Virus record (IMG/VR): IMGVR_UViG_3300035696_000018
Location: 42,776 to 106,775 of that record
Origin: a virus
Length of the DNA stretch: 64,000 nucleotides
Reading direction: 5' to 3' (one strand)
Shown: positions 30,224 to 40,169 of the stretch, one piece after another
Layout: each line of letters starts with the position of its first letter
How positions within the stretch are numbered: the first letter of the stretch is position 1
Notes under the pieces: generated by a model
Told to the model about the DNA's origin: nothing
The model's database searches: none
The model's input: the letters and a program-made list of their open reading frames with translations, nothing else
Translations under genes and position numbers: made by a program

Positions 30224-30313
30224 ATCTCACATCTTGACGTACTCAAGGACGCCGTGGATAAGACCATTGAAATCAAGAAGGAAGGCAACTTCTCGTTCGT
30301 AAACTACGAATAA
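30224..30313 (+). pseudogene. Orphaned C-terminal fragment of Rad50/gp46
   Basis: ISHLDVLKDAVDKTIEIKKEGNFSFVNYE* versus the gene end ISHIDSIKDMVDKTIEITHDGAIAKVVFE*; no start codon. Confidence 0.8.
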
Positions 30314-30348
30314 GGCTATATGTATAGGGGAGGCGTCGAGCCTCCCTT

Positions 30349-32991
30349 ATGGCAAAGCAATTACTCTCAAGTTTCGGTAAAAAAGGAGACAGCAGCTACA
30401 CCACGACTGGTGTATCCCAAGGGCTTGACCAGATTCAAGTGGATATTGAGGATACTGCTCACCTTTCTCGCTATTTCCAAGTCGTTGAGTTTGACCCCGC
30501 ATTCACAGCGGGTAAGAATTGTATATCATTCAACGGCTCCAGCTTTCTTCAAGACGGTTCCGAAATCAAAGTCGAAGTTCTCGACAATGACGGAAACTCC
30601 CTCTATCTTGCTTCCCCTCCCCGTGGAACCAACTACGTGGACATCGCCAACTTCACTGTGGCGATTTATGTCTATCAGGAGACCGTCAGCGGTGCTGGAA
30701 AAGTCATCCTCGTAGGCACCACGACAAAAGGTGAAGTTGTCCGATGGACAGGCAACATCAGCATCAATACCACGTACCAAAACGTCTCCCGTGTGCGTTT
30801 TTACCACGCCCCGTACATGGAAGTTCAGCCTTTGCTTTACCCCGTCATTGAGAATCTCACTGGTTCTACATTGACGCAAGATGTTACGATGTCGGGGTCT
30901 TTCTACTTACGAGTTGACAATGCGAATGGATTTTACACTCCAGGCAGTGCCAACTACGGATACACGCTTCCTTTCAACGCCCGAATAGTTCTGTGGTCTG
31001 CACAACCAGGAAATCCAACCGTTCTGGTGGATTCATTCACTGCCGACATGATTGGGCAACCAATCATACTTCACTATGATTATGCTAGTGCCGTGGTTCC
31101 AGGCAGTCCTCCCGTTTACCGATATACTCACGCCGATGTAACAGCCAACATAACATCGGTCAACAGTACTACGGAGATTGTTGTAGATTCAATACCAGTA
31201 GGACCGCTGGCCATGCTATCTTCTTCGGGACAGTTTACTTGTAGTTTTGCCGAGACGGATTACATTCAACAAGCCGTTACTCAACCGATGTATGCTCCCC
31301 TCGTCAACAAAACATTGACCAACCCAGGATTCATGGAAGTAACAGTCTCGACAAATACGTTTACTTCCTCGCTTGTTGGCCAGCAAGTAACATTGACCTA
31401 TGGGTCAATCTATTTGCTCGGGGCCAATCTTCCTCCATTCAATCCTGCCGTTATTTCGAGCCGAAACCAACATCCCGTCACGGCAAGTACATTTACAGTT
31501 CGAGCGGTCACAGGAAGTCAAGTCATTCATACCGACCCGTTTACTTACACAATATACCACGGCAGCGGGTTTTCTACGGTTGCCACGAGTTATACGGCAT
31601 CCAGAGTTACAGGAAGCATAACGGTCCTGAGTGCGTCCAATCCATACCAAGGATATGTTAACGCCGCAGGGTCAGCTTCTTTGATGAAGAAGTCCTATGT
31701 GGACATCATTTACCGAAATATTGATACCTTTACGGGATATGTTGCCCGCCATAAGCTGTACGCCAAAAGCAACATTTACCCTGGCAACTTCACGCTGATT
31801 GATGATACTGTTCTCGGACCAAGTGAACTGCTAGTGGACCCGATTACAGTCAACAAGAACTTCTCGACGATTGGAACATTTATCAACCAAGACTTCATCA
31901 ATCAGTATTGGTTTGCGTCTTCGGCGTCTCTCAACTTGATTTATACGGATAAACCCACGCTGCGTTCGATGATTATCCACCCCACGACTGGATACTCAGG
32001 GTCGGATGGAAATTCCTATGTCATTGTCAAGGCTCAAGCCATTGGAACTGCCAATGATGCCAATTACTATCCTTATGACGAGGCGGCATTTGACCAGTTC
32101 TCTGGAACTGGGTACACGTCCAACTTCATTTTCCTACAAGAGGGAACTCTCTACAGGCTACAAGCCAGTATGAGTATCAACAAGAATCTAACTGATACGG
32201 CCACGGTCATGTTTTTCTTTACGAGTTCCATCCCGAGTATATCAAACGAAACGTCTTACAATCCGCAGTTTGGGTGGAAGCTTGGCGAGATTGTTGTTGG
32301 CGATAAAGTGACTAGCAGAATATTCCCGTCCCCTCAACAACTCTTCTTCACTCCATTGAATGACTACTATGGGACGCTTGTCATCGTTCCTATAGGGTGT
32401 GAAGTCATAATCTCTGCCGTTTCGTTACAGAACTACGGGGATTATGGATTCTCTCCGCAATCAGCCGTAGTTCAGATTCCATTCCCCGTCAACATCGCTA
32501 ACGAAAAGTGGACGCTCAAGGCCGAACTTTTCGACAGCAACTACAATTTGGTCTATACACTGTCACCAGTGGTGCAATCTTTCGACCCATCGGGGGCGAG
32601 CCTTTATGGTAACAGCATCATTGGGACTGGCACGAGCACGGGCGGGAATAGCACGGTAAACTCGTTGACCATAACCAACAACCTCTACTTACCAAACATC
32701 GGGGAGGCTTTAACGCCGCACCGATTGTTGGGGTATAACATCCCAACCCATAATCCTCCGCTCTCTGGCGAAGGCTCCCTTGGATATACAGATGTCTCCG
32801 ACCTGTCTCTAATCCCCACCAACAACAACGGAGTGGTTACATCCAAGGACTACATTAACGTCAATACGGTTGAAAGCGGAACCCCATTTTCTGGCCGTTC
32901 CATCGCCGTCAGATATAGTGGAAGTGCCCCAAATCCCTATGGCAGGAGGGTTTATGTGGATACAACGGGCACAAAATACACGTATTCTTAA
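30349..32991 (+). CDS. Virion structural protein
   Basis: 880 aa, T/S-rich; FTAGKN...GS..L..GSEIKVEVLD N-terminus; TATGTATA upstream. Confidence 0.65.
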   Translation: MAKQLLSSFGKKGDSSYTTTGVSQGLDQIQVDIEDTAHLSRYFQVVEFDPAFTAGKNCISFNGSSFLQDGSEIKVEVLDNDGNSLYLASPPRGTNYVDIANFTVAIYVYQETVSGAGKVILVGTTTKGEVVRWTGNISINTTYQNVSRVRFYHAPYMEVQPLLYPVIENLTGSTLTQDVTMSGSFYLRVDNANGFYTPGSANYGYTLPFNARIVLWSAQPGNPTVLVDSFTADMIGQPIILHYDYASAVVPGSPPVYRYTHADVTANITSVNSTTEIVVDSIPVGPLAMLSSSGQFTCSFAETDYIQQAVTQPMYAPLVNKTLTNPGFMEVTVSTNTFTSSLVGQQVTLTYGSIYLLGANLPPFNPAVISSRNQHPVTASTFTVRAVTGSQVIHTDPFTYTIYHGSGFSTVATSYTASRVTGSITVLSASNPYQGYVNAAGSASLMKKSYVDIIYRNIDTFTGYVARHKLYAKSNIYPGNFTLIDDTVLGPSELLVDPITVNKNFSTIGTFINQDFINQYWFASSASLNLIYTDKPTLRSMIIHPTTGYSGSDGNSYVIVKAQAIGTANDANYYPYDEAAFDQFSGTGYTSNFIFLQEGTLYRLQASMSINKNLTDTATVMFFFTSSIPSISNETSYNPQFGWKLGEIVVGDKVTSRIFPSPQQLFFTPLNDYYGTLVIVPIGCEVIISAVSLQNYGDYGFSPQSAVVQIPFPVNIANEKWTLKAELFDSNYNLVYTLSPVVQSFDPSGASLYGNSIIGTGTSTGGNSTVNSLTITNNLYLPNIGEALTPHRLLGYNIPTHNPPLSGEGSLGYTDVSDLSLIPTNNNGVVTSKDYINVNTVESGTPFSGRSIAVRYSGSAPNPYGRRVYVDTTGTKYTYS

Positions 32992-33022
32992 GGTTTTGAG
33001 TTTGATGTAGATATTTATCTAT

Positions 33023-33685
33023 GTGAACGAATGGTCAAAAACAGGAGTCTATCTTATAAAAAATGTCATAAATGGACATTGCTATGTAGGAAGTACTTCT
33101 TCTCGGTGGGGAATAAATCACAGGGTAAGTAATCATATAAGTGATTTGAAAAAAGGAATACATCATTCTCAAATACTCCAACGAGCGTGGAATAAGTATG
33201 GAGAAAGCAGTTTTTCCACAGAAATTTTGGAAGAGTGTTCACCAGAAGATTGTCTTGAGCGAGAACAACACTATCTTGATACTTTAAGACCATACTACAA
33301 TATCCACAAAGTTGCAGGAAGTCCCCGAGGAAGAGTTGTATCCGAGGAAACGAAATCAAAAATATCGGCTGCGTTGACGGGGAGAAAACTTTCTCCAGAC
33401 CATAAGAAAAAAATCTCTGAGTCTTTGAGAGGGAAGCCCTTAACAAAAGAACATATAGAGAAAGTTAACGCATCGTTGATAGGGAAGCGTAAAACTGGAA
33501 GGGAAAATGGAAGATTTACCGGGTGTTTCGTGTTTGAAAATACAGAAACCTTGGAAAAGTTCATAGGAGGGAAATTTGAACTGGCGAAAACCTATGGATT
33601 GGATTTATCGGGCATATCAAAAATATGCCTTGGAAAAAGAAAATCCTATAGAAAATGGATTTGTTTAGGAAAGGACCAAATATGA
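33023..33685 (+). CDS. GIY-YIG homing endonuclease with NUMOD3 repeats
   Basis: GVYLIKN..CYVGS..R...H..L...H..LQRAWNKYG..EREQ; SEETKSKIS; AT-rich. Confidence 0.85.
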   Translation: MNEWSKTGVYLIKNVINGHCYVGSTSSRWGINHRVSNHISDLKKGIHHSQILQRAWNKYGESSFSTEILEECSPEDCLEREQHYLDTLRPYYNIHKVAGSPRGRVVSEETKSKISAALTGRKLSPDHKKKISESLRGKPLTKEHIEKVNASLIGKRKTGRENGRFTGCFVFENTETLEKFIGGKFELAKTYGLDLSGISKICLGKRKSYRKWICLGKDQI

Positions 33686-34344
33686 AGAATAACATAGAGA
33701 TAATCAAAGATTATTTGGCGGGCGAACGTCCCGTGAGTGTGTTTGGTTATACTGGCAAGAAATACGCCCCACGGGCCGTAGGAGAGCATTGGACAGACCC
33801 CAAGGGTCAAGAGTGGGAACAATTAGCCAGCGGCCCTCGTAAGGTCAACAGAGTGGCAAATATCGTCCGTGAGGCGATAGGCGTCCAGAAATGCCGATGT
33901 GGGCAGGACATCAAGTGGGGAAATAAACGAGACCGTCTTTTTTATAACAAGACTGGACTTTGTGAGGGATGCCTCATTGATTACGAGACCAAGTTGCATG
34001 TTTTGGGCATCTACCCCGACTATGAGAAGTACAAGTTGGCTTCGAACGAGTTGGGAGCCACGAAGGATTTGAAGGAAAAGATTAAGGAAACCATCAAATA
34101 CTTCACTGGAAATGATACAGACGTAACCATGCTATGCAACTCGGAAGGGTTCATGGAACGGTGGAAGACCACCAATAAGGACCAAATTCTGTCTGATGCC
34201 AAAAAAGATTTGAAGGAGGCTCGTCGCCGCATTGAAGCGTTGACGAAAATCCGTGACGAGTTCAAGAAAAAATACGAATCAGCCGCAGCCAAATTCAATC
34301 TGGAAATTCTATGTCAGACGGAAAAGTCAGCTATCAAGAGCTAA
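33682..34344 (+). CDS. Hypothetical protein upstream of terminase (possible small terminase/packaging factor)
   Basis: CRC..CEGC motif; overlaps the terL start. Confidence 0.55.
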   Translation: MKNNIEIIKDYLAGERPVSVFGYTGKKYAPRAVGEHWTDPKGQEWEQLASGPRKVNRVANIVREAIGVQKCRCGQDIKWGNKRDRLFYNKTGLCEGCLIDYETKLHVLGIYPDYEKYKLASNELGATKDLKEKIKETIKYFTGNDTDVTMLCNSEGFMERWKTTNKDQILSDAKKDLKEARRRIEALTKIRDEFKKKYESAAAKFNLEILCQTEKSAIKS

Positions 34345-35957
34345 TCAAAGAAGAATATCGTAAGTGCTTGGAGTCCCCCGTGTACTTCATGAAGCACTAC
34401 GTCAAGATTAAGCACCCAATTCGTGGAACCATTCTCTTCGACCTATTCAAGTTCCAAGAGGAAACCCTCCAAGCGTTCCACGATTACAAGTTCAACATCA
34501 TCCTCAAGTCTCGACAGATGGGTATTTCAACCCTTGTCGCCGCTTATTCCCTATGGACAATGTTGTTCTTTCCCGACAAAAACGTTCTCCTGATTTCATT
34601 GAAACAGGACGATGCCAAGGACGTTCTTACCAAGGTTCGTGATGCTTATGCTACTCTTCCAAACTGGCTCAAAATCAAGATGGTTGAAGACAATCGTCTG
34701 TCCATCCGATTCGCCAACGGCTCTTCTATCAAGGCCGCATCCACGACCAAGAAGTCGGGTGTTGGTCAAGCACTTTCCCTCCTAATCATTGACGAAGCCG
34801 CACTCATTGAAGATGCCGAAGACCTTTGGACTTCGGCTCAACCAACTCTGTCAACGGGTGGTAACGGCATTGTGCTTTCAACTCCCCGTGGTGTTGGTAA
34901 CTGGTTTCACAAAATGTGGGTCGGTGCTGAGACTGACAACCCCGATAACAAGACGGGAAAGAATGGATTCCATCCTATTACTTTGCCGTGGCATCTTCAC
35001 CCCGAACGTGATGAAGAGTGGCGTCGGGTTGAGGGCGAAAAACAAGGCAACCCCAAGAAAGCCGCACAGGAGTATGATTGCAACTTCCTCGCCAGCGGTG
35101 ATAACGTGGTTGACTTGAACATCATTGAGTTCTACAAGAAGAACAAAGCCTGTGACCCACAAGAAACCCGTGGATTTGATAAGAATCTATGGATTTGGGA
35201 ATACCCCGATAGGACTCACGTTTACGTAGTTGCTGCTGACGTGGCCCGTGGCGATGGTCTTGACTATTCGGCCTGCCATGTTCTCGACATCAGTAGAGAA
35301 AAACCCGTTCAAGTAGCCGAATACAAAGGCAAGATTGGAACAAAGGATTTCGGAGATTTCCTCGTTGCCCTTGCCACAGAGTACAACAGTGCTTTGCTTG
35401 TAATCGAGCGTGAAAACGTGGGATGGGGCACAATCCAAGAGGTTCTTGACCGTGGATATTCTCATACTTTCTACAGTTCTGCTGACTTGAAGTACGTTGA
35501 CGTTCAGCGTCAACTCAACAACAACTGGGCGTCCGAAGAAAAGAAACTCGTCCCAGGATTCAGCACGAACATCAAGACTCGCCCGCTCGTAGTGGACAAC
35601 ATGGAACACTACATGAGGTTTATGGCAGTGGAGATTCGCTCGAAGCGAACACTGGCCGAGTTAGAGACTTTCATCTGGAAGAATGGTAAAGCAATCGCAA
35701 TGGAAGGATACAACGACGACTTAACAATGGCGTTGTGTATCGGCCTTTGGGTGCGTGACACCGCACTGCGTCTGCGTCAAGAAGGCATTGAATTGACGAA
35801 GATTGCGGTGGGTGCTATTGGTGCCAATCGGATGGACCAAACTCCCTTCTATAAGGTCAAGCAGGCTCAAGTTGGACGTAATTCGTGGACCATGAACCTC
35901 GGTCGTGTGGGGCATGGAAAACAAAATACGGAAGATTTGAAGTGGCTATTGGGCTAA
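34311..35957 (+). CDS. terL: Terminase large subunit (gp17-like)
   Basis: LKSRQMGIS Walker A, LIIDEAA Walker B, STPRG, QEYDCNF, nuclease ADVARG..DYS, NDDL. Confidence 0.95.
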   Translation: MSDGKVSYQELIKEEYRKCLESPVYFMKHYVKIKHPIRGTILFDLFKFQEETLQAFHDYKFNIILKSRQMGISTLVAAYSLWTMLFFPDKNVLLISLKQDDAKDVLTKVRDAYATLPNWLKIKMVEDNRLSIRFANGSSIKAASTTKKSGVGQALSLLIIDEAALIEDAEDLWTSAQPTLSTGGNGIVLSTPRGVGNWFHKMWVGAETDNPDNKTGKNGFHPITLPWHLHPERDEEWRRVEGEKQGNPKKAAQEYDCNFLASGDNVVDLNIIEFYKKNKACDPQETRGFDKNLWIWEYPDRTHVYVVAADVARGDGLDYSACHVLDISREKPVQVAEYKGKIGTKDFGDFLVALATEYNSALLVIERENVGWGTIQEVLDRGYSHTFYSSADLKYVDVQRQLNNNWASEEKKLVPGFSTNIKTRPLVVDNMEHYMRFMAVEIRSKRTLAELETFIWKNGKAIAMEGYNDDLTMALCIGLWVRDTALRLRQEGIELTKIAVGAIGANRMDQTPFYKVKQAQVGRNSWTMNLGRVGHGKQNTEDLKWLLG

Positions 35958-36034
35958 GTCGGGAATATTTATAAGAAGACGAATGCCCGCAGGAGGGGTG
36001 TTCATACACATACACACAACAAAAAAGGAAGCAT

Positions 36035-39000
36035 ATGCCAACAACTCCAAACAATCCATCTACTCTAAAGCCGTTTGACGACGAGATTCTTGACGTAAAG
36101 AAGCAGTCGTTGTACGCACGCTTGAAGAGACTGTTCTCCACAGACGTTATTGTACGTAACGTCGGAGGAAAACAGCTTAAGATAAAAGATACGGATAGTA
36201 TCATGTACGCCACGGATAGGAACTCCCTCCGTGACCGATACAATCGCATCCGTTCAACAGCGTATAACGCTTACACCCGTGACTTTGCATTGTCATACCA
36301 AGCGGCCCGTATGGACCTCTTTCGTGACTATGATTGCGTAGGACCAGATACCATTATTCCATTACCCGATGGGTCTCGTCCCACCATAGCAGAACTTGCC
36401 GAGAAATATAAAAACCGACCCCAAGAGAGGTTTTTGGTGTTTTCATATGACCACGAAACCAATTCCGTAAAACTTGGAAAAGCATATCATCCTCGTAAAA
36501 AAGACGGAGGAACACGGAAAGCGTGGAAAGTCATCTTTGATAATGGACAACATGTCGTTGGAAGTGCGGGGCATCCATTCTTGATGCGAAATGGGGAATA
36601 TAAGAAACTTGAAGATTTAACGGTGGGAGAGTCGGTAATGCCGTTCTATCAAAAAGATTTCTACAATAATGGATACCGCTCTATTTACAACTTTTCCAAA
36701 GGATGGCAGTCGGAACATGTTATTGTTGCCGAACAATTCGTGCGTTCTCTAAAATCGAGTGAAGTGGTTCACCACAAAGATTTTAACAAGACGAATAATC
36801 TTCCATCAAACCTTCAAATCATGTCTGAGGCAGACCATAAGGCATTTCATATGCATCTCAATAATGCAATCATATGGTCTCCTGAAAACAAACAAAAGAC
36901 CATCGAAAAGGTTCAATCATCCGAAGGTTATAAAAACAGAAAGTGTCACAAATGGAATGGAGAACGAGTTGGAAAAAATAATCCATTCTACGGAAAATAT
37001 CATTCCAAGGAATCCAATACATTGAGAAGTAAATCTCTCAAAACTGTGTTTGAAACACGAAATCAATTAGGAAGTAACAACCCGAATTATTGTGAATTGA
37101 CATATAATGAATTACAGAATGTTTGTAAAAGTTATTACCTGATGTTTGGAAACTTGAGTGTTCATCGTATTGCTAAGTTTATGCACTATGATTACTCAAC
37201 AGTTCAACGCAGAATAAAAGAACAAGGGATGGATTGGAGAACGTTCAAGCAAAATACTATTGCGTCTATAAACCACAAAATAACCGCCATTGAATACGTG
37301 GGGGAAATGGAAGTTTACGATGTTACAGTGGAGAAGTATAAAAACTTTGCTACTGATAGTTGTTTCGTTCACAACACAATGGACATGGACCCCATTCTTT
37401 CCTCGGCACTGGACATCTATGCCGATGAATGTCTTACCTACAACGAAGTGGGTAAGATGATTACGGTTCACTCCAATAACAACAACGTGAAGCGTATTCT
37501 TGAGAACCTCTTCGATGAGATTCTCAATGTTCGTTTCAACTTGTGGTCGTGGACTCGTAACATGTGCAAGTACGGAGATTTCTATCTCAAACTGTACATC
37601 ACCCCTGAATACGGCATCTACATGGTTGAGCCAATCTCGGCTTACAACGTAGAACGTATCGAGAACTCAGACCCTTCCAACAAACGCTATGTCAAGTTCC
37701 AACTCCGACCTACCGATACATCGCAGGCGGAAATCCTTGAGAACTATGAAGTAGCACACTTCCGACTCATTTCAGACAGCAACTTCCTTCCGTATGGTAA
37801 ATCCATGATTGAAGGTGCTCGCCGTGTCTGGAAGCAGCTTTCACTGATGGAGGACGCAATGTTGATTAGTCGTATCATGCGTGCTCCCGAGCGTCGTATT
37901 TTCTACACTGACATTGGTAACATCCCACCAAACGAAGTGGACGCCTACATGCAGAAAATGATGGATAAGATGAAGAAGGTTCCATACATTGACGAGCAGA
38001 CGGGCGAATACAACCTTCGCTTCAATCTCCAGAACATGATTGAAGATTACTACATCCCAGTTCGTGGTGGTGATAGCGGAACTAAGATTGATACCCTAGC
38101 GGGTATGGAATGGACGGGCATTGACGACCTTGAGTACATCAAGACGAAGATGATGGCCGCACTCAAGATTCCAAAAGCATTCTTAGGCTATGAGGAAGGC
38201 ATCTCTGGCAAGGCAACATTGGCGTCGGAGGACGTACGCTTTGCCCGTACCATCCAACGTTTACAGCGTATTATCGCATCCGAACTCAGCAAGATTGCTA
38301 TCGTTCACTTGTATGCCCAAGGCTACCGTGACGAGTCTCTTGTTGACTTCGAGATTGAGTTGACCAACCCATCAACCATTTTCGAACAGGAAAAGGTTGA
38401 AATCTGGCAGGACAAAATCAGCGTGGCCATTGACATGGTTGAGAACAAGTTCTTCTCCTACGCTTGGGTGTACAAGAACATCTTTAACATGTCCGAAGAC
38501 GACATCAAGGAAGTCAAAGAACAGGTCGTTGACGATGCCAAGCAGAAGTACCGCCTTACCAAGATTGAAGAGGATGGTGATGACCCAGCCAAGCCGTTCA
38601 AGAAGATTGGTAAAGGAAAGGGTGAAGACGACGACGATGAAGGAGGTCTTGGAGACCTTGACATCGGTGGTGGACATGGTGGAGGCGGCGGCGGTGGTTC
38701 ATTGCCCGACCTCGACGACCTCGGAGACGAGGAAGGACCAGAAGGAGATAAGGATAAGGAAGGTGAAGAGGGAGAAGAGGATAAGGACGAAGAAATTCCA
38801 GACCTCAAGAAAATCAAGGAGTCAACGGAAGAGCCTCGGGTGGATGACAGGGACCGAAGTGATAGGGACCAGTCTGACCGAGACCAAGAGGGTGAGAAAA
38901 AGACGCCCGCTATTCCCGAAGACCCAATTGGAAAACTCGCTCGAACCGAGACTCCAAAGAAGAAGAGTGAAGGCAAGCCAGTCAGTGCCATTTCTCACAA

Positions 39001-39190
39001 TTACGAAGGCGGTTCCCCGCTCCGAATCAAGGAAGTTCACAAAGAGAAACCAGTCATGGACAAAGGGATGATTGGCGGATTGGCTGAATTCCTGACCAAA
39101 ACACACGGAGATACCAAAAAGGAACTCCTTGCCGAAGCCCAGATAACTGGAAGCAAGTCAATGTTGGACCCATCCAACATTTTAGAATAA
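36035..39190 (+). CDS. gp20: Portal protein (gp20-like) with intein and long acidic C-terminal tail
   Basis: MDMDPILSSALDIYADE; LMEDAML..RIMRAPERRIF..D.GN; EDYYIPVRG; ALKIPK. Confidence 0.92.
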   Translation: MPTTPNNPSTLKPFDDEILDVKKQSLYARLKRLFSTDVIVRNVGGKQLKIKDTDSIMYATDRNSLRDRYNRIRSTAYNAYTRDFALSYQAARMDLFRDYDCVGPDTIIPLPDGSRPTIAELAEKYKNRPQERFLVFSYDHETNSVKLGKAYHPRKKDGGTRKAWKVIFDNGQHVVGSAGHPFLMRNGEYKKLEDLTVGESVMPFYQKDFYNNGYRSIYNFSKGWQSEHVIVAEQFVRSLKSSEVVHHKDFNKTNNLPSNLQIMSEADHKAFHMHLNNAIIWSPENKQKTIEKVQSSEGYKNRKCHKWNGERVGKNNPFYGKYHSKESNTLRSKSLKTVFETRNQLGSNNPNYCELTYNELQNVCKSYYLMFGNLSVHRIAKFMHYDYSTVQRRIKEQGMDWRTFKQNTIASINHKITAIEYVGEMEVYDVTVEKYKNFATDSCFVHNTMDMDPILSSALDIYADECLTYNEVGKMITVHSNNNNVKRILENLFDEILNVRFNLWSWTRNMCKYGDFYLKLYITPEYGIYMVEPISAYNVERIENSDPSNKRYVKFQLRPTDTSQAEILENYEVAHFRLISDSNFLPYGKSMIEGARRVWKQLSLMEDAMLISRIMRAPERRIFYTDIGNIPPNEVDAYMQKMMDKMKKVPYIDEQTGEYNLRFNLQNMIEDYYIPVRGGDSGTKIDTLAGMEWTGIDDLEYIKTKMMAALKIPKAFLGYEEGISGKATLASEDVRFARTIQRLQRIIASELSKIAIVHLYAQGYRDESLVDFEIELTNPSTIFEQEKVEIWQDKISVAIDMVENKFFSYAWVYKNIFNMSEDDIKEVKEQVVDDAKQKYRLTKIEEDGDDPAKPFKKIGKGKGEDDDDEGGLGDLDIGGGHGGGGGGGSLPDLDDLGDEEGPEGDKDKEGEEGEEDKDEEIPDLKKIKESTEEPRVDDRDRSDRDQSDRDQEGEKKTPAIPEDPIGKLARTETPKKKSEGKPVSAISHNYEGGSPLRIKEVHKEKPVMDKGMIGGLAEFLTKTHGDTKKELLAEAQITGSKSMLDPSNILE
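36335..37375 (+). mobile_element. 347-aa intein with HNH endonuclease in the portal
   Basis: Starts C after DYD; block B HPF; block F VYDVTVE; ends FVHN before T; internal EH..VVHHKDFNKTNN..NL; AT-rich. Confidence 0.9.
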
Positions 39191-39272
39191 GTCGTACGTA
39201 TCTCTATACAAACTTGGAAGTTTAGCCTCGTTTGTCTATATTTATAATCGTTGAAGAGAAACGTCAAATACT

Positions 39273-40169
39273 ATGCAGAAAAGAATGCGTCATTCCAAAT
39301 TCCGTAATACCGGCATCCTGTTTGAGCTACTCACCAAGCAGGTAACTGCCGATATTATTTCGGGTAAGGAGTCATCGCCAGCCCAACAATTGCTCCGTAA
39401 GTACTTCCGTGAGAGCAGCGAGTTGGGGAGGGAATGGCAACTCTACAACACGCTCTTGACCGAGCGGATAAAGGACGAGCCACATGCCGAGCGATTTTTC
39501 TCCGTGATTTTGGAAGCCCGCAAGAAATTGAATAGTCGAAAACTCTCTCTTCTCAAGTACGATTTAATCAAGGAAGTCAAGGAAGCATATCCCATCGAAG
39601 AAATGCTGAAAGCACCCGTCAAAAACTATCGGGTCTTGGCTTCCATATACAAAGTTTTTGAAGACGTGGTGTCCTCGGAAAAGAAGTTTGATGTCAAAGA
39701 AGTGTATCAGGCGAAAAACTGCATAGTCGAACACATCGTTGATAAAAGACCAGTTACGCATTCCGAAGACGAACTCATCAACTATTATCAGACTCAGACT
39801 GAGGACATCCGTCTTCTCACTTACAAGCTTCTGTGTGAGAAATTCAATGAGAAGTATGCCAGCACATTGGATGAAGACCAGAAAGCAGTTTTGCGTGAAT
39901 ACATCTGCAACGTCGCCAACACGAATAACTTCGATGTATTCGTTAAGCAAAAGGTTGCCCAGATTAAGAAGTCCCTGACCGAAGCGATTGATAGAATCAA
40001 GGACTCGGATGTGATGAAAATCAAGATTCGTGAGGTTGTCAACCAGCTTGATAAAATCAACCCCGGCAAAATCGTTAAGGACAATCACGTCATGGTATTG
40101 ATGCTCTCCTACGAGTTGCTGAAAGAAGTCAAGAAGCAATTGGAAGGAAAGCACCATGATAGTAGATAA
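39273..40169 (+). CDS. Head-region hypothetical protein
   Basis: RHSKFRNTGILFELL N-terminus; follows the portal; TATTTATA upstream. Confidence 0.7.
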   Translation: MQKRMRHSKFRNTGILFELLTKQVTADIISGKESSPAQQLLRKYFRESSELGREWQLYNTLLTERIKDEPHAERFFSVILEARKKLNSRKLSLLKYDLIKEVKEAYPIEEMLKAPVKNYRVLASIYKVFEDVVSSEKKFDVKEVYQAKNCIVEHIVDKRPVTHSEDELINYYQTQTEDIRLLTYKLLCEKFNEKYASTLDEDQKAVLREYICNVANTNNFDVFVKQKVAQIKKSLTEAIDRIKDSDVMKIKIREVVNQLDKINPGKIVKDNHVMVLMLSYELLKEVKKQLEGKHHDSR

